Shown in pieces: positions 45,153 to 55,100 of a DNA stretch of 64,000 nt. The position numbers and the translations under genes are program-made. This stretch comes from Oculina patagonica (lineage: Eukaryota), in contig NC_135768.1 of the NCBI RefSeq assembly GCF_052425735.1, positions 17,236,001-17,300,000 of the forward strand, read 5' to 3'. The stretch's first letter is position 1. Every line of letters begins with the position of its first letter. Under the pieces are notes generated by a model that saw only the letters and a program-made list of their open reading frames with translations, ran no database searches and was not told the origin of the DNA.

Positions 45153-45854
45153 ATGTATACGACCATGTCATCTGCTAATGTTCTCCCGAGTGCCCCTGAT
45201 TATGGTGTTAGCGAAGAAAACAGCGTAAAACACGCGGAAACCCAAACTTTATATCCTGTTCTGCCGCAACAGAATGACTTCCGTTTGCAAAAAGCGAATG
45301 AAGTTTTGAAATATTTAAGCGAAGAAGTTGACCACTATCGGCTGGTTGCAAAAAAATACAAGCGAACAAAGACAATTATCAACTACGCTTGCTTCATTGC
45401 TGGTGGCGTTTCTGGTGCCCTTTCAGCAGGGGGGGTTGGTGCTGCAATGACAGGGATTGGCTTACCTGCGGCTCTTCCGATTGGCATAGTCGCTGCTACG
45501 TTCGGTGCCAGCGCTGCAGTTTTAACCGGTTTTTACAAAAAACTCGAGCCCAAACTTATTAAGCACTGCAAAATCATGGCCCTTGCCATGTCAAAGTTTG
45601 ATACCGTCAACCGAATTCTTTCCAAATCTCTTGTTGACGGCAAAATAACAGATGCTGAGTTTCAGAGCGTTCTTAATGAGAAAGAGAGTTATGAGATTCA
45701 AAAACAAATATTTCGTAAGGGCACACTTCCAAAAGAAAGTAAAAAGCAAAGAAGTCCTGACATTGAACGGCTGAGACAGGAGATAAAAAAACAAGAACTG
45801 CAGAAATTAAAAAAACGTCTTGCAGCCGAGTCGAAATCAGATTTGAGAAAATAA
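45153..45854 (+). CDS. Viral membrane protein with a Gly/Ala-rich two-helix hydrophobic hairpin (start may be 45165)
   Basis: KKYKR precedes ~55 hydrophobic residues; C-terminal DGKITDAEF and coiled coil. Confidence 0.82.
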   Translation: MYTTMSSANVLPSAPDYGVSEENSVKHAETQTLYPVLPQQNDFRLQKANEVLKYLSEEVDHYRLVAKKYKRTKTIINYACFIAGGVSGALSAGGVGAAMTGIGLPAALPIGIVAATFGASAAVLTGFYKKLEPKLIKHCKIMALAMSKFDTVNRILSKSLVDGKITDAEFQSVLNEKESYEIQKQIFRKGTLPKESKKQRSPDIERLRQEIKKQELQKLKKRLAAESKSDLRK

Positions 45855-46171
45855 ACACTGGATTTCATCTGAGTGTGCAAAAAAATAAATATAACATTTG
45901 AGGCTGTGTTCTTTTTTTTCCACGATCCACGATCCACGATTCTGATTTTCCCAAAGTCCAAATCCCCCTCAGCCTGCCTGTCACGCTCTGACTGCGACAA
46001 AATATTTTAGCGGCCGCCAGCGAAAGACGGGTAACACGCATTTATTTAGGTGAGAGCGGGGGGTTATTTGACTTTTTTTTTTTTGCTTGGGAGCCGTTGT
46101 ATTTATTAATATATAAGCAATCAATAAACAAAACAGATGTGCAAAGTAAAAAATAATTTTATTCAGTTGCT

Positions 46172-46694
46172 AAGTTAAATGTTCGTTGACAACGGCGGAC
46201 ATCTATGGCCACGGTATCCAAGGTAAATTGTTCGTTGACAACGGCGGACATCTATGGCCACGGTAACTAAGGTAAATTGTTCGTTGACAACGGGGACATT
46301 CATGGCCACGGACAGGTAAATTGTTCCTTGACAACGGCGGACATCATGGCCACGGTATCCAAGGTAAATTGTTCGTTGACAACGGCGGACATCTATGGCC
46401 ACGGTAACTAAGGTAAATTGTTCGTTGACAACGGCGGACATTCATGGCCACGGTATCCAAGGTAAATTGTTCGTTGACAACGGCGGACATTCATGGCCAC
46501 GGTATCCAAGGTAAATTGTTCGTTGACAACGGCGGACATTCATGGCCACGGTATCCAAGGTAAATTGTTCCTTGACAACGGCGGACATTCATGGCCACGG
46601 TATCCAAGGTAAATTGTTCCTTGACAACGGCGGACATTCATGGCCACGGTATCCAAGGTAAATTGTTCCTTGACAACGGCGGACATCTTATGGC
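46172..46694 (+). repeat. Tandem array of ~11 copies of a 49-bp unit inside the virus
   Basis: Unit AAGGTAAATTGTTCGTTGACAACGGCGGACATTCATGGCCACGGTATCC with few variants; contiguous, no spacers. Confidence 0.95.
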
Positions 46695-47709
46695 AGCGCG
46701 GCGTCTGTCCTTTGATGACTTGACAAGTTTTGGTCAATTCGGGTTACGCGTAACCCATTTGCATTCCAATTAGGCTTGTAACTTGGCCGATTTTTGTCAA
46801 GTTCGGCAAAACGCTTTAGTTGTATCAGGCTATCGTTAGACATCTACAAATGAATCATTTCGATAAACTGAGTTAAATCTTCTTAATTTTGATCGAAAAA
46901 GGTTTGATAAACGTCTTTAAGCTTCCGATATACTTAACCGATTGCAATAAAACTTCACGCGACCAAGCATCTGATTGTTGTCCGTAATTGCTTCGGTTTC
47001 GTGAAGCGAAGGCACGAATAGCTGATGTTAAATATTATAATCGGACCCTCGTTTGTCGTTTCCAAATGATTCATGTCCGTAAGCTGTGTCTTTGCTTCTT
47101 TTTCAATGAAGGTTTGATAAACGTCTTTATACTTCGGCCATGCTTGCTTATGTAATACAAAAAAGCTTATGTGAATAATATAAAGTTATAATTTTAACTG
47201 TGATTGGTCACAAAAGACGTCATTACATCGGGAAATAACCTATTAACTAAAAATAGTAATGACGCTTGGTAAATAAACTTACCGTGATCTTATATTGTTC
47301 TTTTATGTGCTAGAAAGTTCTCAGCTCAATATTTGCATGTGAGTTATATTGTTGTTGAATAAATAATTCGCAAAAACACATGCGATTTGCTTTATTTTAT
47401 CCAAACTTTTACTCCTGCTTGAAAGGAGAATAGCATTTTAAGTCGTTAAAGGCATACGCCAAAAAAAATATATATCCTAGTGCAGGTTTAAAAGTTTTCC
47501 TGCTTGACCAAGCATGACAATATATACACGTCAGGGGGTTTTCCGGTTTCTGCTTGCGGGGTAACCATACATTACGGCTAATTATTCATGTTTCGCTTCG
47601 CGAAGCAGCCGGTTTGATGTCTTCTCTTTTGGACAACCATTTTTTGTGTCTGTAAAATTTCAGTCAAAAAAACGTTTTTGCACTTTGTCAGACAATGATT
47701 TGCATGTTT

Positions 47710-47928
47710 TTAACACGCGTTGTTTGTCAAAAAGTTTGCAAGAAGCTTTTTGTCAACTGATTTTAACAATTCGATGGTTTCTTCTCTTATGAAAAAGTTT
47801 TCCTTTTTTGCATTTTTATGGTAATTAGGACGCATAATGTCTTGTTCTTTTGTGTTGTTTGAGATTTTTTTTGGGCATGTTGATATGATTGATTTCCTTC
47901 CTTTTCCCATTTTATCTTTATTGGGCAT
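47710..47928 (-). CDS. Possible small basic protein (72 aa, MPNKDKMGKGRK...) starting at the inner edge of the right TIR
   Basis: ATG formed across the TIR border; Lys-rich; mirrors the position of polB at the left TIR. Confidence 0.4.
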   Translation of the reverse strand: MPNKDKMGKGRKSIISTCPKKISNNTKEQDIMRPNYHKNAKKENFFIREETIELLKSVDKKLLANFLTNNAC

Positions 47929-48139
47929 TTGTTCAATAGGAATTAATTCTGGCACAGCAATTCAGCTTGATATTTTTGAGCGCTCAAGCCGCAGAGATTT
48001 TTGTTTGCCGCTCGCTATTTTTGTACACACATATACAGGAGTGGTTTTGGTCACTAATCGAGACAAGGAGCGAGGCGAGCCCGGGCGAGCCGAGCGAGTT
48101 GTCTCGATTTGTGCCAAAACCACTCCTGTATATGTGTGT
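47927..48139 (-). repeat. Right terminal inverted repeat (213 bp) with terminal hairpin 48025-48139
   Basis: Reverse complement of 31863-32075, with no mismatch seen by eye. Confidence 0.95.
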
Positions 48140-48198
48140 GTTAACAATAGACGCTTGTACAAATCGTATATAAACAACCGCACTTGTAATGCTTTCTC

Positions 48199-48268
48199 GA
48201 TTACATCTCTTGATTACATCTCTTGATTACATCTCTTGATTACATCTCTTGATTACATCGTCGATTAC
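48199..48268 (+). repeat. 13-bp tandem repeat (GATTACATCTCTT) x4 plus partial copies, in the LTR between the TATA box and polyA signal
   Basis: Directly visible. Confidence 0.9.
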
Positions 48269-48504
48269 GAAGTTAGAAGAATAAACCGCTGTTGGAACCA
48301 AGCTGAGTTGTTGCTGTTGCTGTCCGTTCAGTTCGTGGTTAGATCCCGGTACCCAAGAGTGTAACGGCTCTTCCTTGCAAGCGAGTGCCCCATTTGAGTC
48401 TAATCTTCCCCGCAATTATCGTCGCAGTTGTCTCGTTAACTCAAGTTCAGAGTTCGCCCGTTTCCCCCATCGCACACACAAGAAAAACTCTACCGTTACA
48501 CTTC

Positions 48505-48697
48505 GCAATCGAAGGAAGACATGAGGACATCGGCGGCTCACTGTCTTGCCGTTGTGGTCATTTTTGCAAACTCTACAGCAAATCCGTTGATTTACTTCTG
48601 GCGAGTGGCCGAGCTTCGCGAAAGCGCGAAACAAACTTTTAGGAAACTTCATCCTAAGAATGTGAAGCAGGAAGACGTGGAGTTAGATACAAGATAG
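48505..48697 (+). pseudogene. GPCR subtype C copy 3, 3' part (ECL3, TM7, C-tail)
   Basis: QSKEDMRTSAAHCLAVVVIFANSTANPLIYFWRVAELRESAKQTFRKLHPKNVKQEDVELDTR*, open and in frame with the 5' part once one CTTC is removed. Confidence 0.92.
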
Positions 48698-49034
48698 CTC
48701 TGGTGCTAAGGTTTAGGTGTACACATTTGGCACCTTTATAGGACCGTAACCAGACTTCTTCGTTAAAACATAGACGAGGCAAAAGTCGCGAGTGTCGAAG
48801 GCACTAGCCGCTAGCGGGGCCTAGAAAGAAAAAAAAATGAAAAACAAGAAGCTCAGAGACACTATTTTCAGCTTTTTCATGAGGTATTTCTTCAAAAAAA
48901 TCAATCAGGTTCAACTGGGGATCATTTTCCAACCTCAAAGTATTTTTTCTAACACATATTGGGTTAAAATCTAGACGAGACAGGTGCCTCGTCTTGCCTC
49001 TTGGTAGCTACGGCCCTGCTTTAGTCCCGTCTTA

Positions 49035-49533
49035 GGGCCTCTTCATATGATCCCGGTTGACCGGGCTGGCCCAGGTACCGAGATCTCGGCTCACTCCTAT
49101 TTTCTTGTAAAATTTTGGATGTGTTCATATGAGAAGGTGGGCCAGCCCGGTTACCGATATCTCGGTTTCTGCAACCGAGATCTCGACAACCGGGAAGAAT
49201 ATTTTCCCATATGAACACTCCAGCCCGGTCGCCGGGACGCAACTTTTTTTGAGAAAATAGCTTCCCTTTCGTAATTGGGCGGTCCAAATGGTTTAATTTT
49301 GCCTTGGATCTATTTCCACTTCAGAAATATGCGAATTAGCTTTATTAATAAAGTTACATGGGTCAATAAAGCTACGATAGTCGCGAAAGATGCAACTTTA
49401 TGTGTCGCTATTTTGCCTTCGTTTCTTGAATTTTATCCCCGTCAACCGGGCTAAAATTTTCCATATGAACAGAGGTCAAAATCCGTCCTGGTAACTGAGA
49501 CAGCTCGTAAACCGGGCTCATGTGAAGAGGCCC
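49035..49533. mobile_element. PIF/Harbinger-type MITE
   Basis: TTA|GGGCCTCTTCATATGA...TCATGTGAAGAGGCCC|TTA. Confidence 0.82.
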
Positions 49534-49538
49534 TTAGA

Positions 49539-50079
49539 TAGGGCTTTCCACAAGTTGCTCGGCAACTTTTTGGCAACTTTTCATATTTCGAGCAACTTTC
49601 TTTTCTCCGAAGATTATCCGAGTGTTGTTCAAAGGCCATACGAACGTTTCCGAAGATTTACGAAGTTTGCCGTAGACTTTCGAGGAACATTTGAAGACTT
49701 TTTAACTTTCGGCTCATTCTGCATTAAAACATCACAAAACTCGTCAGCAAACATGACGTCATCGATATGCACGATTTTTCTCATTTAAAGAAATCCTTGT
49801 TATTTAACAAATTTTCCCCTTAATATATTATTTCGATACTTCTTTTTCTGTAAAATTGCATAAAACTGCTTAGAAATCTTACCCTCAAAGGGAAATAAGC
49901 ATATATTTAGAGAAACTCTCTTGATTAGATACAGCGTTTTAGATTTTTTGGAGCAACTTTCGAGCATCTTTTATTATCAGAAGCAACTTCTTTTTATTTT
50001 TGGAGCAACTTTTGAGCAACTTTTTGAGAAATAACGGGCAACTTTTTGGGAAATCTTGAGCAACTTGTGGAATGCCCTA
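49539..50079. mobile_element. hAT-like MITE with internal GAGCAACTTTT repeats
   Basis: TAGGGCTTTCCACAAGTTGCTC ... GAGCAACTTGTGGAATGCCCTA; degenerate 8-bp TSD. Confidence 0.7.
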
Positions 50080-51596
50080 GTATTAAATCTTCCCTTTAAA
50101 GTTAGTGAGAAGTTCATTGTGTTCAAATGCAGTATCTGATCCCCTAGTTGATGATTTTCATCGTCATCATCACCTGTCTGTTTGACAATGTATTGTTGTT
50201 GTAAGGAGAAATTTGTTGTTTACCCTTGATGTTAATAACTATAGTGGGTTAAAAGGAAGTTGTGAAATGCTGAAATTAATGCTGTTCTCGCTTGCCTATT
50301 CTAAAGATTAAGGGAGGCGTTGTGTTTTCTTTAAGGTTTAACCTGTCCTGGCATTGCAAGCACTTAGAGGTCGTTTTTGTAGATAGCAAGAAAATAATTT
50401 GAAACTCAAGATTAACCATACTCTATAGGACGGTCGCACTTTTGAGTGTCATTGTCAGAGAAAGTGTTCCAGACCTTAGAAGTCGGGGTCAACCGATTTT
50501 CCTGCAGTTGGCCTGGATGAGATATTATAATAATAATATTCCAAAATCCATTTGGGTTTGGTTTTCTAACTTTTACTTTTAAAGTTCCAGGGGTGGTCCC
50601 ATATTGAGCCTTCAAATCATGAAAAATCCTGTTTTTGAAGGAGTAAGTTTGCACTTGTATAAAATCAAACACACAAAACCTTTTGACTAACTACTTGTAG
50701 GCTGTGATTCTACTATAAACGCTCTTTCACTTCATATAGGCCGATTTGACATAGAGAGCTCTGAGAGAGTTTTTGTTTTTGATATATTTATTCTAATTGC
50801 CAAAAGAAAAACAAATTTAAAAAAAAAATATCCGTCGGTAAGGTTCATAGCCACCAATCGGTAAAAACGCTCGTTTCTTATGCTGATTAGACAAAAATAT
50901 GATAAAAACAAAAGTTTTTACCTAGTAGTTAGTTTTTAAGTTATTAGCTTCAAAAGGTTGAAAATATAGTATCTTTGACCTTTTTGACGTTTTCATGGCA
51001 AAGAGGTTTCATGTCAATTTCAATTTAATTATTGGTAAAACCTATTATTAATACAAATTTGTACTAAAATCTATTCATCAAAATTATTGGGTTAGATGCG
51101 ATTCCGTGCAAAAGACGCAAATGTTTAAACCATAACGATCCACCTTACTGACGACACAATTGTAAAATTAGAAAGCACAGCAGAATTATGCAACAATATC
51201 ATTCTCTGTCTCTTTTCGTATTTTTGTCACTGTTCACTCTAGGAGATACTTTGTTTACTTTTCCTCAGACTGCAATTAAAAATGCGGCGGGATAAAACTG
51301 TTCTCACTGTTTTTCGTTTTTCCATTGTAATAATCTATCACAATGGCCTTTATTACAAAAGCCTTGGAGATTAAGAGTAAACAAAATCTAGAGATCAATT
51401 CAAAGGAGCTAGGCCAATGAGGCCAATGATCAGCTAATATAAAACCCAAGCAATTTCGCATTGAACATGAAACTGCCAATCGTTAAAAGCACCTGCTTGC
51501 TAAAAGCTGTCTAAATTAAAACCTATTTTTACACTGAATGTGTGAATACAAATTGACGCTATGTTTAACGGATGCACAGACTGCCTTAACGAAACC

Positions 51597-52595
51597 ATGG
51601 CTAACACAACAGTTTTATTAAGTTCTGCTTTGCAAAACCATACGACGACCAAACCTTCAACCTGCCAAAGTCTTCAACCTTTTCTGGATATAGAAGCCAG
51701 AAAGGATTTACCGCAATTCTACATAATATCGTCGATATCGGCCTGTGTTGTTGTCTTCATAATGTGCTTCACAACACTGCTTTTTAATATGGTTGTCATT
51801 TTAGCAATATGGAGGACACCTTTGCTTCATCAACCAAGAAACGTTCTGCTTTGTTCTTTGGCAGTTTCCGACTTTTTCGTTGGTTTGACATCACAGCCTT
51901 CCTTCATAGTAGTAGAAATTTCGCTTCTTCTTGGAAACATGGAATTATACTGCTTGGCAGTGTTTATTCATTTCTACACTAGTTGGATGTTCAATGGGGT
52001 TTCATTCCTAACGCTTTCAGCCATTAGCTTTGAGCGATATCTCGCCCTGCGTTTTCACCTTCGATATGCCGAGTTAATAACAAACACCCGCGTATTCATT
52101 ACTGTGTTTATTTGCTGGTCGATATGGGTTTTGTCGATAACGCTTCAGTGGTTTTGGGCGAAAAGCAGACTTCTGACCTACATACTAATTGCCCTTTGCA
52201 TACTAATAGCAACAATTGACGCCTGGTGTTATTTCATAATTTGCAAAACTGTCAAAAGGCACAACAAGCAAATTCAGGACTCACAACAACAAACCCATCA
52301 AAGCATGGTCCGATATCGACGCACAACAAATACAATGATTATTCTTATTAGTGCTTTTGCCCTAAGCTACTTCCCCTTTATTGTCACCACAGCAATAAGC
52401 GCTTCGCAAGTTAAAGAAGACATGAGGACATCGGCGGCTCACTGTCTTGCCGTTGTGGTCATTTTTGCAAACTCTACAGCAAATCCATTGATTTACTTCT
52501 GGCGAGTTGCCGAGCTCCGCGAAACTGCAAAACAAACTTTCAGGAAACTTCATCCGAAGGTGAAACAGGAAGACGTGGAGTTGGATACTAGATAG
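51597..52595 (+). CDS. Intronless class A GPCR, subtype C copy 4
   Basis: ERY and NPLIY motifs; start MANTT aligned to paralogs (an upstream ATG exists at 51561). Confidence 0.92.
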   Translation: MANTTVLLSSALQNHTTTKPSTCQSLQPFLDIEARKDLPQFYIISSISACVVVFIMCFTTLLFNMVVILAIWRTPLLHQPRNVLLCSLAVSDFFVGLTSQPSFIVVEISLLLGNMELYCLAVFIHFYTSWMFNGVSFLTLSAISFERYLALRFHLRYAELITNTRVFITVFICWSIWVLSITLQWFWAKSRLLTYILIALCILIATIDAWCYFIICKTVKRHNKQIQDSQQQTHQSMVRYRRTTNTMIILISAFALSYFPFIVTTAISASQVKEDMRTSAAHCLAVVVIFANSTANPLIYFWRVAELRETAKQTFRKLHPKVKQEDVELDTR

Positions 52596-54807
52596 ATCTG
52601 GTGCTAAGGTTTAGATGTTCACATTTGGTATCTTTAGTCCCCTTCTGAAACTTCCCTTTAAAGTTGATGAAAATTTCATGCTGTACAAATGCAGTATCTG
52701 ATTCCCTAGTTGATGATTTTCTTTATTATCATAATGTAGTAATGTTGTAATAGGAATTTAGTTGTTTACTCTTGATATAAATAACTATAGTGGTTTAAAA
52801 GGAAATTGTACGGTGTTATAGCCTGAATACAGAGCTGGTTTTCACAATGGTTCATCTTTCTAATGTGATGTGACGTTTGACTGATTTGCTAAACATAAAT
52901 GTAAATATAAAGATAGTGCTCCCTGCTTCTCGATAAAAACACTTCAATTACGTCAGACAACGATAACGAGGACAAAGAAATTTATAGAAAATTGCCGAGA
53001 TAAAGTGTGGTGTAATCTTTCTCGTAACAGGAAGTACACGATGTGTTTGTCAAATGCACTCTCTGCAGTTTTCACAGAAAGATAAAATAAATCAATATTT
53101 TTTGGATATAAATACCGTATGCACGAAAACATTTTTTTTTAACATAACTTATAACTACAGCATCATGTCAAATAAATTAACATTGCATTTTCTTCCTTGT
53201 CCCTGGGGTTAAAAGAGAAAATTATGGAAGTATTCTTTCCTTCCTAATAGTAATGTGCAAAATATACCCTCCCTTTAAAGTTCTATTGATGGAGCTTATT
53301 TGTTTAGATAACTATTTCGCTGGAGGGTACAGGGTGTAGAGTGGGGCGTAAAAGAAGTGGTGGGAAAGGGGGGGGGGGCTAAGTCAGTTAGTTTGCGCGT
53401 AATTAACTACATGAATTCAACCGTCTAATGTTTAGTGCGATATCAAATGTTCATCTAAAATTTTACACTTTCCCACAAAAAAATTAAATAAACTTAGAAG
53501 AAAGCAATAAAACAAAATTAGTGGACACAACTCTTACACAACATATTGTTACAGTTCAAACTAAAAAGAAAGTATGCCAGATAATAATGTAGTGGACAGA
53601 AAATGTTATTACTATAATTATTCCAGACAAAAGTAGGGAAAGGATTACATGGCAAACTACAAATGTATAGTAAGCCGATAACTAAAACATAAATAAGTAG
53701 AATTCAACTAGTATACTCATGCAAATGCTATCATCTGATTGGCTGAGATGTCGTACACTATCAGCCGCGTTATTGTTATTGTGCAATGGCTGAAGGTGAA
53801 TGGTAATCTCGAGCTCATAATCCAATTGTTAAATATAATTACCTGTAGATAATCGTTTTCCTGTTTTTGACATTTTTTTGAGTTACCAATTTAGCAGGGG
53901 GTGAAAGATAAGAGATATAAATTCGTTTACAAAACTATGTTACAGACTAAGGAAGGGTGGGGGTTTGGGGGGGGGGGTGTTAAAGAGAACGCTGTGATCG
54001 TATTCGAATCAATTAATACCGTTATCGTTACATCCGTCACATCCGATAAATACCACTATTGTTATTAACATCCCTTGTTCCCGCAAGTGCACTTTACAAT
54101 ATGCCCCATCTTCCAATGTATTATAATTTAGTACCCATTGTACTGAGTTTACTTTAGTCTTGAGTTTGGAATTAGAGTAGATTTAAGTTTACGGTCTGTA
54201 GTTCAGATACATGTATATCAAGGTAAAAAATAATTATCAAATAAGTACCCCTTTTCCAATAAGTGCCCTGTCCCCCCAAAAAAGTGCCCTCTCTTGATTT
54301 ACCAAAAATTTAACACGCCTCGACCCAGGCGCTTAATCAATATTTTTTACTGTAAGAAATAATTGTATTGCCAGTAATTATTCTTTGTATAACAAGTGTT
54401 GCATTTGCGCAACATTTGTCGCCCAATTTTAAATTTATTGGCTAAATACCTAACAACTGACATAGATTACCTCAGTTACGCCACCTTTGAAGGCACAGGT
54501 ATTTTTCCAAGTAGCTACAATACTTATGATTAACTGTATACATCGAGGCAAGGGCGAGGGGAAAGAGTTAAGAGTTGAGGGTTTTTGGACTTCGCCATGG
54601 CAAGAGCGTGGGTTCGGACAGTCATTCACTAGCCACAAAAGCGCATGCACCCAACAGAAACCCGCTGGACAAGTAGCTATATACTGGCTCATATTATTGG
54701 AGATTTGAGTCAATCTCTTCTTATTGTTCATTTAAAAAGTTTAGAGGACTTCTTCTCAATTGAAGCCCCAGGAAAGTGATCTTATCATTTTGTCTCTTCA
54801 TAAATCA

Positions 54808-55100
54808 TGGGAGGCGCGGTGAGCTAACGGTTAGCGGGCTGGACTCCGGATCTAGCGGTCCGGGTTCGAGCCGTGGCCGGGGTCATTGTTTTGTGTTCTA
54901 GGGCATGACACTTTACTCTCATAGTGCCTCTCTTCACCCAGGTGTATAAATGGGTACCGGCGAATTTAATACTTGGGGTAACCCTGCGATGGACTAGCAT
55001 CCCATCCAAGGGCGAAAAGAAATACCTCAAGTCGCTTCATGCTACGAAAAACGGATAAGCCACTAGGCTCGTATGCAGACTTTACCTTTACCTTTTTTAC
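54808..55100 (+). mobile_element. tRNA-derived SINE with 14-bp TSD
   Basis: Pol III A box and B box (GGTTCGAGCC, 54863-54872); (TTTACC)n tail; TSD CTCTTCATAAATCA at 54794-54807 and 55101-55114. Confidence 0.88.

Larger units (their letters stand above)
31863..48139. mobile_element. Complete Polinton/Maverick (adintovirus-like) endogenous dsDNA virus, 16,277 bp
   Basis: 213-bp TIRs, GTTAA target duplication (31858-31862 and 48140-48144), and pPolB, rve integrase, packaging ATPase, MCP and mCP genes. Confidence 0.95.
31139..48500 (+). mobile_element. Outer element: ~1.08-kb solo LTR (Gypsy-like) at 31139-31862 plus 48145-48500, split by the Polinton-like virus
   Basis: Ends TGTTACGG...CCGTTACA; 4-bp TSD CTTC (31135-31138 and 48501-48504); TATATAAA at 48167-48174 and AATAAA at 48280-48285 in U3-R-U5 order; no coding capacity. 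Confidence 0.75.

Noticed and set aside
46172-46694. Possible CRISPR-like array in the virus
   Set aside because: Units are contiguous near-identical 49-mers with no unique spacers, and no cas genes are present; the ORFs called over it are repeat artefacts.
46860-47145. Minus-strand coding-like repeats (KDVYQTF twice; direct repeat AAGGTTTGATAAACGTCTTTA)
   Set aside because: Frames are short and stop-riddled; may be a decayed gene but cannot be supported.
31139-48500. Treating the whole 17.4 kb as one Ginger-like element with TGT...ACA ends
   Set aside because: The inner TIRs have their own GTTAA duplication and the outer part has LTR-like TATA/polyA order, so nesting is more parsimonious (not excluded without other copies).
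54808-54885. tRNA gene
   Set aside because: A/B boxes run into a SINE body with a simple-repeat tail and 14-bp TSD; no proper acceptor stem. The same applies to 57935-58072.
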